This document shows, one piece after another, positions 27,893 through 36,119 of a stretch of 64,000 bases of DNA. Position numbers and translations under genes: made by a program. The notes beneath the pieces were generated by a model. The model was not told the origin of the DNA, did not search any database, and saw only the letters and a program-made list of their open reading frames with translations. Within the stretch, counting starts at the first letter, position 1, and each line of letters begins with the position of its first letter. Where the stretch lies: positions 139,545-203,544 of the forward strand of contig CAJWLU010000003.1 of assembly GCA_913043225.1 (NCBI GenBank). The letters are read 5' to 3'. The stretch is from an uncultured Acidobacteriota bacterium (GTDB lineage: Bacteria; Acidobacteriota; Vicinamibacteria; Vicinamibacterales; UBA8438).

Positions 27893-28897
27893 CTACAGGT
27901 GGTTCCGCAAGAACGTCACTAGCGCGTACCCATCCATCCATTTAAATGGCGCCTTACCGGTGGTGTAGTGGCCGCATGGCAGCACTGTCACATCGTGATT
28001 GATGCCTCGCGCCGCGAAGTCGGCAATCAGCTGCTCGGAGAGTTTGACCGGGAAGGACAGGTCGTAGCGCGCATAGACGAGCAGCACCGAGCGGGTGCCG
28101 AGACGGTCGATGTAGGGATGCGGGCTGATCGGGAGCCAGAGCCGTCGCAGGAGTTCGAGATCGATGGGGCCGTCCAAGCCGGCGCGGACGTGCGCCGTCG
28201 ACAAGCCCTCCCAGACCACGTCGGCAAAGAACGGGGAAATGTGATTGAGCGCTGCCGCCCGCACGAGCGGTTCGTGCGCCGCAGCGAGCATGGCGAGACA
28301 GGAGCCGAGGCTGGTGCCCAGGATACCGATCCGCTCGTAGCCCTGTGAGGCCAGCCATCCGATGGCTCGGCGCGCGTCGAGGACGGCCTGCCGGTTGACC
28401 TGCAGCGTCCGTCCGATGTTCGGGCTGACGATATAGTCCGCCCGGACCAACTCCGGCGGCATCCGGCTGTCGTGATACGGAAGGCTCAGTCGGAGCGCGC
28501 TGATCCCGACCCGGGCCAGCAGTTGGCACAGGCCCACATGGCCCTCCTCGTCCGAATTCCACTGCGGCAGCACCAACGTCGCCCGACGCGGACTGTCCCC
28601 TTGTTCGGCCGGGAAGTAGCGGGCCGCGACAGTGTTGTTCTCGGCGTGCGGCGTGATCAGTGCGGTCGGGAAGAGGAGGGTGTCGCCGTCCAGCGTATAG
28701 TCCTCGCAGGACGGGGCTGAGAACCAGTTCGGATTGGCGAGCGCGGCATCGGACCAGGCCCTCACCCGTTCATCCGGTGCTCCACCGACGGGAGCCCCGT
28801 CGAGCCAGTCGAGTCCCCACTCGAACGGCCGCACCACGCGGTTGGTGTCGACAGCGAGCAGCCGGCGTTCCCAGGCGTGGAAGAATCGAGCGATCAT
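27893..28897 (-). CDS. Alpha/beta hydrolase
   Basis: 334 aa with nucleophile elbow GTSLGS. The C-terminal PCGHYT suggests the catalytic His. Confidence 0.75.
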   Translation of the reverse strand: MIARFFHAWERRLLAVDTNRVVRPFEWGLDWLDGAPVGGAPDERVRAWSDAALANPNWFSAPSCEDYTLDGDTLLFPTALITPHAENNTVAARYFPAEQGDSPRRATLVLPQWNSDEEGHVGLCQLLARVGISALRLSLPYHDSRMPPELVRADYIVSPNIGRTLQVNRQAVLDARRAIGWLASQGYERIGILGTSLGSCLAMLAAAHEPLVRAAALNHISPFFADVVWEGLSTAHVRAGLDGPIDLELLRRLWLPISPHPYIDRLGTRSVLLVYARYDLSFPVKLSEQLIADFAARGINHDVTVLPCGHYTTGKAPFKWMDGYALVTFLRNHL

Positions 28898-28999
28898 CCC
28901 AAAGCGTCGTCGGCGACCAGCCGACGCATCATCTTACTCGTCAGCGCCGTCGACCGCGATGGGGACGGCCAGCGGTCGGCGCCGTTGTAGCATGGGACC

Positions 29000-29449
29000 A
29001 TGAGTATGAAACATGTCGGCGTCCAAGAGGCGCGCCAGATGCAGTCCGAGGGCGGCTACACCTATGTGGATGTCCGCTCCGTGACGGAATACGAACAGGG
29101 ACATGCCGAGGGAGCCCACAACGTCCCGCTTCTGCACCGGGACGCTCAGACTGGGCAGATGGCGCCGAACGTAGATTTCCTGGTAGTCATGCAGGCCAAC
29201 TACGCCAGTGACGCCAAGCTTCTGATCGGGTGCCAGGTGGGGGGACGTTCCGCACGGGCTGCGCAGCTGCTTGCCGCCCAGGGCTATACCGACGTCGTCA
29301 ACGTTAAGGGGGGCTTCGGCGGGTACCGCGATCCGGCGACCGGGCAGGTCGTCGACGAGGGGTGGGCGCCGGCGGGGCTGCCGGTCGAGAGCGGCGACTC
29401 GGACGCGGCCGGATACGAGGCGCTTCGCACGAAAGCAGGCGGGTCGTAG
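29000..29449 (+). CDS. Rhodanese-domain sulfurtransferase
   Basis: YVDVRSVTEYEQGHAEGAHNVP and active-site loop CQVGGRSARAA. Confidence 0.85.
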   Translation: MSMKHVGVQEARQMQSEGGYTYVDVRSVTEYEQGHAEGAHNVPLLHRDAQTGQMAPNVDFLVVMQANYASDAKLLIGCQVGGRSARAAQLLAAQGYTDVVNVKGGFGGYRDPATGQVVDEGWAPAGLPVESGDSDAAGYEALRTKAGGS

Positions 29450-29451
29450 CG

Positions 29452-30789
29452 CTAGCCGAGGACGGCCTCGCACGCCTCGGCCACCGCCAGGAGTTGGTCG
29501 GTCTGATGCCGACGGCCCACCAACTGGAGCCCGACCGGCAACCCGTCTGGTGTCGTACCGCAGGGAATCGACACGGCGGGATGGCCCGTGGCGTTGAACA
29601 GCTGCGTCAGCCGGAGCATGGCGTTCCGGAGCGGCTCGCGTGTCGCTCCGAAGTCGACCGCCTCCGTGCCGAGCCTGTGGGCGGGGATGGCCAGGGCCGG
29701 CAGCGCCAGTGCCGACTGGCCCTTGAGCGCCGCGTCAACCGCCGCCGTCAGGACCTGTCGGCCTCGTTCGGCGCGGACGTAGTCCTCGGCCTGTATATAC
29801 CGACCTAGTTCGAGTCGGAGACGGACCCCCTGCGTGTAGTCCTCAGGCTGGTGTTCCAGTCCCTCGGCATGCATGGCTGCCGCCTCGGCGAGTACGAGGT
29901 GCAGACACACGACGGCGGTATCGGCCGCATGTGCGATCGGGGTGTCGGTGACCAGCCAGCCGGCGTCGGTGAGGCGGGTCAGCGCCTGTTCGGTCACCAC
30001 CCGCACGGACGTATCGAGCAGATCGAAGAAGTACGGCCTAGGACACCCAAGTCGCCCAGTGGTCGGTTTCCCGAGTATGGGGCTCGGGCTCTTGTCACGG
30101 ATAGCATGGTAGACGATGCGGGCGTCGGCCACCGAGCGAGTAAGCGGACCGACGTGGTCGAGGCTTGGCGCCAGCGGGATGACCCCGGCGCAGGTGATCT
30201 CGCCAGCCGTGGGTTTGAGTCCGACCAGGCCGCATGCTGCTGCGGGAATTCTCACCGAGCCCCCGGTGTCGGTGCCGAGCGATGCGAACGCGAGACCCGC
30301 GGCGACAGAAACCGCGGACCCGCTGCTCGAACCGCCTGGTGAGCGCTTCGTATCGAGCGGATGGAGGGTGGGGCCGAACGCCGAGTCCTCGCCGGTCGTG
30401 CCGAAGGCGAACTCGTGCAGATTGCAGGTCCCCAGCACCACCGCCCCGGCGGCGCGTAGCTTTGCCACGACCGGCGCGTCGTCTGGGCTAGGAGTCCTCG
30501 CCGTCAATGCAGACGCTGCCGTGGTCGGCGCTCCGGCCACCCGGAACAAATCCTTCACCGAGACTGGGATACCGTGCAGCGGACCCCTGTAGTGCCCGTC
30601 TGCGATCTCGCGAGCCGCTGTCTCCGCCTCTGCCAGGGCCTGTTCCGGGAGCAAGGTGGTGAAGGCGTTAAGTGGACTGGCAGCGGCTCGCGCCAGTAAT
30701 TGCTCGGTCAGCGCGACGGGGGACACCTCACCGCCGGCTAGCGCCGGCGCCAGTTCACGAATCTGCCGATGATTCCAAGCGTCGCTCAT
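29452..30789 (-). CDS. Amidase (amidase-signature family, GatA/AtzE-like)
   Basis: 445 aa. AS signature GGSSSGSAVSVAAG and Ser-cisSer-Lys context (KDLF...). Confidence 0.9.
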   Translation of the reverse strand: MSDAWNHRQIRELAPALAGGEVSPVALTEQLLARAAASPLNAFTTLLPEQALAEAETAAREIADGHYRGPLHGIPVSVKDLFRVAGAPTTAASALTARTPSPDDAPVVAKLRAAGAVVLGTCNLHEFAFGTTGEDSAFGPTLHPLDTKRSPGGSSSGSAVSVAAGLAFASLGTDTGGSVRIPAAACGLVGLKPTAGEITCAGVIPLAPSLDHVGPLTRSVADARIVYHAIRDKSPSPILGKPTTGRLGCPRPYFFDLLDTSVRVVTEQALTRLTDAGWLVTDTPIAHAADTAVVCLHLVLAEAAAMHAEGLEHQPEDYTQGVRLRLELGRYIQAEDYVRAERGRQVLTAAVDAALKGQSALALPALAIPAHRLGTEAVDFGATREPLRNAMLRLTQLFNATGHPAVSIPCGTTPDGLPVGLQLVGRRHQTDQLLAVAEACEAVLG

Positions 30790-30965
30790 TGGGAGCCTGC
30801 CCGGGAGGGCGGGTCCTCATGCACGCCCGCGGCTCGCTGGTTCCACTCGGCGGCGCGGAGGGTTGCGGTCGCCTTCGCCAGCGCGCGGAGTAGCGGTGTG
30901 AGGTCTTCGAGTCTGCGTCGTTGGGCGTCGGTCTCCGCCGCCGAGAGCCATTCGTCGACCGTCAT
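30786..30965 (-). CDS. Unlisted 59-aa ORF translationally coupled between the O-methyltransferase and the amidase
   Basis: My own translation: MTVDEWLSAAETDAQRRRLEDLTPLLRALAKATATLRAAEWNQRAAGVHEDPPSRAGSQ*. Its ATG overlaps the upstream stop (ATGA at 30962-30965), and its TGA overlaps the amidase ATG (ATGA at 30786-30789). Third-position GC is high. It falls below the 60-aa track cutoff. Confidence 0.45.
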   Translation of the reverse strand: MTVDEWLSAAETDAQRRRLEDLTPLLRALAKATATLRAAEWNQRAAGVHEDPPSRAGSQ

Positions 30966-31618
30966 CCTGCCTCCACTGGCCGGCGGATCGCGATAGCGAC
31001 GCCGTCTCTTACCGGGAGAAAGCTTGTCGCCAGTCGTGAGTCACCCGCCAGACGGGTGTTGAACGCTGCGATCGCCGCCGTCTCGGCCGGATCTCGCTGT
31101 GGCGCGCTCACCAGGCCAGGCACTACCTCGCCTTCCCAGAGGACATTGTCGGTAATCAGGAGCCCCCCGGGTCTGAGCAGCTCGACCAGCCGGTCGTGGA
31201 GCGGCTCGTACTGCAGCTTGTCGCCGTCGTTGAAGATCAGGTCGAAGGGGCCTGCGATCTTGTGCACCAGGCGTGCCGCGTCACCGACCATGACGCTGAC
31301 CTGATTAGCGAGGCCAGCCGCGGCCAGATGGCCCCGGGCCAGGATGGCCCGGTCGGCGTCCATCTCTATCGAGATGAGGCGTCCGCTCGCGGAGAGCGCC
31401 CGAGCCATCCAGAGCGTCGAGTACCCGTTGGCTGTGCCGATCTCGAGTACGCTTTTGGCGCCGCTGGCTACCACCATGGCGTGCAGGAACGATCCCACGG
31501 TCGAGTCGATGTTCGGGAGACCCAGCGCCTCGCCCTCGGCGGCCACCGTCTCGAGAAGAGGCGTGGACCTGTCGAGGCTAGCCAGGTAGCGTTCGATCTC
31601 TGGCGCGATGATCTGCAT
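30962..31618 (-). CDS. Class I SAM-dependent O-methyltransferase (family 3, caffeoyl-CoA OMT-like)
   Basis: ATG at 31618 gives MQIIAPEIERYLASL... SAM motif VLEIGTANGYS and LIFNDGDK. The upstream part of ORF 30962..31795 is not protein-like. Confidence 0.85.
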   Translation of the reverse strand: MQIIAPEIERYLASLDRSTPLLETVAAEGEALGLPNIDSTVGSFLHAMVVASGAKSVLEIGTANGYSTLWMARALSASGRLISIEMDADRAILARGHLAAAGLANQVSVMVGDAARLVHKIAGPFDLIFNDGDKLQYEPLHDRLVELLRPGGLLITDNVLWEGEVVPGLVSAPQRDPAETAAIAAFNTRLAGDSRLATSFLPVRDGVAIAIRRPVEAG

Positions 31619-31629
31619 GAGCCGCTCCT

Positions 31630-32154
31630 TCAGATCTCGTCCCCGTCGAGCATCTGCCTGAGCCGGTCTGCGTGCGCCGCGAGGAAACGCCGGTCCCGCT
31701 CCCGGTTGGCGGCCGCCTTCGAACGGATGATCTGGCTCAGTTTTGCCACCGGAATCTCGACCTTGTCGACGAGGAAGGTCCGCCGCTCGGCCCACAGATC
31801 ATCGAATTCGAATGCCGCGACCTCCAGTGTCAGGTCGACGGCAAGCTCGATGGGACGGGCAGCGCGTGTCGTGCATCGTTCGGCCACGACGCGGCGCGGT
31901 TGGTCGGCCTCCACGTGGAAGCCGAGCTTGTCACATGCGTCCCATGCGCGAACCAGATTCCTGGAATCGAGCGGTAGCAACAGGTCGAGGTCGTCGGTCT
32001 CGAAGGTGTCGGCCGGATTCAGTGTATGGAAGTTCGCCCCCCCGACGCCGATCACGATGTAGGTAACCCCGGCCTGGTCCAGCTGCCTGGCCACATCGAC
32101 GAACGTGGCCAACCAAGGTGGGATGCCGCCCTTCACGCGCTCGTTGTCACTCAC
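31630..32154 (-). CDS. Hypothetical protein, nucleotidyltransferase-fold-like
   Basis: 174 aa with a GTG start. IVIGVGGANFHTLNPADTFETDDLDLLLP resembles the GG...D.D minimal nucleotidyltransferase pattern. Assignment is tentative. Confidence 0.5.
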   Translation of the reverse strand: MSDNERVKGGIPPWLATFVDVARQLDQAGVTYIVIGVGGANFHTLNPADTFETDDLDLLLPLDSRNLVRAWDACDKLGFHVEADQPRRVVAERCTTRAARPIELAVDLTLEVAAFEFDDLWAERRTFLVDKVEIPVAKLSQIIRSKAAANRERDRRFLAAHADRLRQMLDGDEI

Positions 32155-32635
32155 CGTTCGATGAGGTCTGACCCCGTTCGAGGTAGCGCTTGAGCGATTC
32201 GAGCGAGTCAGTCCATCCAGCCGAAATCAGGGCGTAGTACCGTTGCCAGCGCTCCCCTTCCTCCGAGCCGCTCTGCCGCACGGTCAGCCGAGTGGCTGGA
32301 CCCTCAACGCCACAGCTCACTTCCAGTGCCATCGGGCCGAACGGCTCCGATTGGGGTGGGAGCCAGTAGGCGTCGGCCAGAAAGAACTCCTTTTTCGGAC
32401 GGAACTCCATGACCGTACCGTAGAAGACACCCCCAAGGGTGCCGAGCATCTGATCGCTGAACGGTGTCGACCGCCATTCCACCGCGTACACCCCGAGCGG
32501 ACGCGGCGTGGTGACCGAACGCGCCGTGTCCCACCAGTCGCCGAGGGCCTTCGGGTCGAAGAACGCTGACAGGACGGTGCCGGGGGCCGCGGTGATTACG
32601 ACCGAATGCTCGAAGGTTAGGGGAGGGACAGCCAT
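32147..32635 (-). CDS. SRPBCC-superfamily protein (AHSA1 / activator of Hsp90 ATPase homolog-like)
   Basis: ATG at 32635 gives MAVPPLTFEHSVVITAAPGTVLSAFFDPKALGDWW... Only the C-terminal 162 aa of track ORF 32147..33241 is credible; the rest overlaps the NamZ-like gene. Confidence 0.75.
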   Translation of the reverse strand: MAVPPLTFEHSVVITAAPGTVLSAFFDPKALGDWWDTARSVTTPRPLGVYAVEWRSTPFSDQMLGTLGGVFYGTVMEFRPKKEFFLADAYWLPPQSEPFGPMALEVSCGVEGPATRLTVRQSGSEEGERWQRYYALISAGWTDSLESLKRYLERGQTSSNGE

Positions 32636-32673
32636 TAGTGAGACGCTGCCGATGGTATCGGTCAGGCCCAGGT

Positions 32674-33831
32674 TCAGTAAAGCAGGTAGCGCTCGCACTG
32701 CTGCTTGAATTTGTCGACACCGTCCTCGATGGCGTGGTCCACCTCGGACCAGTCGGCGTCGGCATCGATCAGCGTTCGTATCCGGGACGAACCGGTCAGG
32801 ATGTTGATCGGCGGGAGCACGGTCTCGTACTCGTATGGCGGCGTCCGCCAGCGGAAGTGGTCCGGCGCTTGCGCCCGGCAGGTCGCGAGCACTGCCACGG
32901 CCGCTTCCACCGGCTTGAAGCGGATCCGGTCCGTTACATGTAGCTGGCATCCACCGCACGTTGCTCCGGCGTGCTTCTGGAACGTGGGCTGGAATTCCGT
33001 CGGCCGAAAGTGTACGCCCGGCAGACTGCGCGCGTTCAGGGCGTCGGCCAGTGGGGTGGCTGTGAGCCATGGCGCTCCGAATAGCTCGAACGGCCGGGTG
33101 GTGCCTCGACCTTCTGACAGGTTGGTGCCTTCGAGCAGCACCATGCCCGGGTAGACAATCGCGCCCTCGAGGGTGGGCAGATTCGGTGAAGGCAGCACCC
33201 ATGGCAGTCCGGTGTCGTCGTGAAACATCTCCCGCCGCCACCCGTCCATCGTCAGCACGTCGAGCTCCGCCCCGATGCCGAACCCTGCGTTGCAGAGCCG
33301 GGCCATCTCCCCGATCGTCAGTCCGTGCCGCAACGGCACCGGGTAGAGGCCGACGAACGATTCGAAGCCCGGCTCGAGCATCGGGCCTTCGACGGCTAGC
33401 CCGCCGATCGGGTTGGGGCGATCACACACGATGACGGGCACCTTGGCCCGTTCGCACGCCTTGAGGCAGTTTGCCAGGGTGTGGATATAGGTAAAGACCC
33501 GGGTGCCTACGTCCTGCAGATCCACGACCAGCGTGTCGAGGTCGGACAGCATCTCGGACGTCGGCTCGCGGGTTTCGCCGTAAAGCGAATACACCGGCAC
33601 GTCTAGGGCAGGATGGCGCGCATGGTCGGTTTCGACCATGTTGTCCTGGACGTCGGCCCGGAAACCGTGCTGCGGGCCGAACAGCGCCGCCAGTGAGACG
33701 TCGGACATCCCGACCACCTGGTCCACGATGTGTCTGAGCCGGCCATCGATCGAGGCCGGGTTCGAGAGGAGGCCGACCCGCCTATCGGCAATCCGCGGCG
33801 CGAGCTTCGCCGAGCCCAGCGAGACTGTCAC
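32674..33831 (-). CDS. DUF1343 family protein (exo-beta-N-acetylmuramidase NamZ-like)
   Basis: 385 aa. RVGLLSNPASID...LFGPQHGFRADVQDNM...VDLQDVGTRVFTYI...DRPNPIGG are the conserved DUF1343 blocks. Confidence 0.85.
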   Translation of the reverse strand: MTVSLGSAKLAPRIADRRVGLLSNPASIDGRLRHIVDQVVGMSDVSLAALFGPQHGFRADVQDNMVETDHARHPALDVPVYSLYGETREPTSEMLSDLDTLVVDLQDVGTRVFTYIHTLANCLKACERAKVPVIVCDRPNPIGGLAVEGPMLEPGFESFVGLYPVPLRHGLTIGEMARLCNAGFGIGAELDVLTMDGWRREMFHDDTGLPWVLPSPNLPTLEGAIVYPGMVLLEGTNLSEGRGTTRPFELFGAPWLTATPLADALNARSLPGVHFRPTEFQPTFQKHAGATCGGCQLHVTDRIRFKPVEAAVAVLATCRAQAPDHFRWRTPPYEYETVLPPINILTGSSRIRTLIDADADWSEVDHAIEDGVDKFKQQCERYLLY

Positions 33832-33907
33832 AGGCGCAATTATAAGGCCGTTGCCTTATGGTTCAGGACGCTATCCCCAGTCCGTGCTATCATTTGCGAC
33901 CGACGAC

Positions 33908-34882
33908 ATGTCAACCGCACAGGCCCGGAGCCGGGTTTCCGTGTCGCCGCCGTCTCCGCCCGCCGTCCGTCCCTTCCTCAAGTGGGCTGGAGGGAAGCGT
34001 CAGCTCCTCCCGGAAATTACCCGATTCGTGCCACCCAGTTTCGGGGCGTACTGCGAGCCGTTCCTGGGGAGCGGTGCCGTGTACTTCGATCTCGAGAGCC
34101 GGGGGCTGCTGGAGGGCCGTCGGGCGGCCCTGATGGACAACAACCCCGACCTCATCGGGGCCTGGCTGTCTCTGCGGGAGGATCCAGAAGCGGTGATCCG
34201 TGCGTTGCGTCGGTTGGCCGGATCGCACCGAGACGACCCTAAGGCCGCCTACTACCGGGTGCGGGACGAGCGTTTCAATCCGGCCCGCGCTGAGCTGATC
34301 TCTGCTGGCGGCCGGTGGAGCGAGGATTACGACGCGTCGCTGGCTGCGATGTTCGTCTACCTTAATCGCACCGGCTTCAATGGCCTGTTCCGCCTCAATA
34401 ATGCGGGGCGCTTTAATGTGCCCGTGGGTAGATACGCCAACCCTCGGATCTGCGACGCTCCCAATCTGCGCGCCGTTTCCACCGTCCTCTCTCGTCCTGG
34501 CGTCGAACTGCGCGAGGACCGGTTCGAGTCGGTCTGCGAATGGGCGATGCCGGGCGACTTCATCTATTTCGATCCCCCCTACGCTCCAACAAGTGCGACC
34601 GCGTCCTTCACCGCCTACACCCCGGGCGGCTTCAACGGCGACGCTCAGCGTCGGCTCCAGATGGTCGTGGTCGAGCTAGCGCGCCGCGGTTGCCACGTGC
34701 TGCTCAGCAACTCCACTGCTCCGGATATCACTGCCCTTTACGCCGATAACGTGATGGCTCGGGCCGCCGGGTTGCGCGCGGTGCGGGTGTCGGCCCGGCG
34801 CGCGATCAACTCCAGGGGCGGATCGCGCGGAGCGGTCGAGGAGTACCTAATCTCCAATATCCCGGCTCGCGACCGAACCTGA
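33908..34882 (+). CDS. dam: DNA adenine methyltransferase, Dam (D12 class, alpha group)
   Basis: ATG at 33908. FLKWAGGKRQLLPEI, motif I EPFLGSGAVYF and motif IV FIYFDPPYAPTS. No restriction endonuclease candidate is adjacent. Confidence 0.88.
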   Translation: MSTAQARSRVSVSPPSPPAVRPFLKWAGGKRQLLPEITRFVPPSFGAYCEPFLGSGAVYFDLESRGLLEGRRAALMDNNPDLIGAWLSLREDPEAVIRALRRLAGSHRDDPKAAYYRVRDERFNPARAELISAGGRWSEDYDASLAAMFVYLNRTGFNGLFRLNNAGRFNVPVGRYANPRICDAPNLRAVSTVLSRPGVELREDRFESVCEWAMPGDFIYFDPPYAPTSATASFTAYTPGGFNGDAQRRLQMVVVELARRGCHVLLSNSTAPDITALYADNVMARAAGLRAVRVSARRAINSRGGSRGAVEEYLISNIPARDRT

Positions 34883-34956
34883 CGGTTGACGGCGTTCGAT
34901 AGGTAGGGCGAACACGGGTATGATGTCCGTTTCGATCCACGCTCGATGGAGCTGCC

Positions 34957-36114
34957 GTGACCAATACCGAGCTGCATACTGACCTGCGCACCGCCGTGCG
35001 CGAGCTCTGCTCCCACTTTCCCGATACCTACTGGCGAGAGCTCGACGCGAAGGAGGCGTATCCCGAGGAATTCGTTAAGACGCTGACCGAGGCCGGATTC
35101 CTGGCCGCTCTGATCCCCGAAGATCTCGGCGGGTCTGGCCTGGGGATCGCCGAAGCGTCGATCATCCTCGAGGAGGTGAATCGTTCGGGTGGGAACTCCG
35201 CCGCTTGCCACGCGCAGATGTACATCATGGGCACGTTGCTGCGGCACGGGTCCGACAAACAGCGTCGCCAGTATCTGCCCAAGATCGCCTCGGGCGAACT
35301 GCGTCTGCAGGCGTTCGGCGTGACCGAGCCGACGACGGGCACCGATACGACGCAGATGAAGACGATGGCTGTCCGCAAGGGTGATAACTATGTTGTCAAT
35401 GGGCAGAAGGTGTGGATTTCGCGGGTCGAGTACTCGGACCTGATGCTACTGGTTGCGCGCACCACGCCGATCGAAGAGGTCAAGAAGAAGACCGAGGGCC
35501 TGACCGCCATGCTGGTCGATCTGAAGCAGGCAGTGGGGAGCGGGATGACGGTGGTACCCATCCGGGCGATGATCAATCACGCGACGACCGAGGTGTTCTT
35601 CGACAATCTTGAGGTGCCGGTGGCGAATCGGATCGGCGAAGAGGGGCAGGGGTTTCGTTATCTCCTTGACGGTCTGAACGCCGAGCGGATCCTGATTGCG
35701 GCCGAGTGCGTCGGTGACGGTCGCTGGTTTATCGACCGGGCCCGGAAGTACGCCAGCGATCGCGTCGTCTTTGGCCGGCCGATCGGTCAGAACCAGGGCA
35801 TCCAGTTCCCGATTGCGCGCGCGCACGTCAACGTTGAGGCTGCCGATCTCATGCGGATCCGGGCTGCTGCGCTGTTTGACGAAGGGAAATCCTGTGGCGC
35901 CGAAGCGAACATGGCGAAGCTGTTGGCCGCCGACGCCTCTTGGGAGGCGGCGAATGTCACCATGCAGACCTATGGAGGGTTCGGATTCGCCGAGGAGTAC
36001 GACATCGAGCGCAAGTTTCGCGAGACTCGGCTCTATCAGACGGCGCCGATCTCGACGAATCTCATCCTGTCCTACATCGGCCAGCACGTGTTGGGCATGC
36101 CGCGGTCGTTCTGA
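34957..36114 (+). CDS. Acyl-CoA dehydrogenase
   Basis: 385 aa. FGVTEPTTGTDTTQMKT, YGGFGFAEEYDIERKFRETRLYQTAPISTN. Confidence 0.9.
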   Translation: MTNTELHTDLRTAVRELCSHFPDTYWRELDAKEAYPEEFVKTLTEAGFLAALIPEDLGGSGLGIAEASIILEEVNRSGGNSAACHAQMYIMGTLLRHGSDKQRRQYLPKIASGELRLQAFGVTEPTTGTDTTQMKTMAVRKGDNYVVNGQKVWISRVEYSDLMLLVARTTPIEEVKKKTEGLTAMLVDLKQAVGSGMTVVPIRAMINHATTEVFFDNLEVPVANRIGEEGQGFRYLLDGLNAERILIAAECVGDGRWFIDRARKYASDRVVFGRPIGQNQGIQFPIARAHVNVEAADLMRIRAAALFDEGKSCGAEANMAKLLAADASWEAANVTMQTYGGFGFAEEYDIERKFRETRLYQTAPISTNLILSYIGQHVLGMPRSF

Positions 36115-36119
36115 TCACC

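Noticed and set aside
32636-33241. N-terminal 200 aa of the 364-aa ORF 32147..33241
   Set aside because: It overlaps the well-supported DUF1343/NamZ-like gene in another frame and is Arg/Pro-rich. Only the part from the ATG at 32635 matches the SRPBCC fold.
33638-33907. Upstream extension of the Dam ORF (track start 33638)
   Set aside because: The extension overlaps the divergent NamZ-like gene and its promoter gap. Conserved Dam sequence begins after the ATG at 33908.
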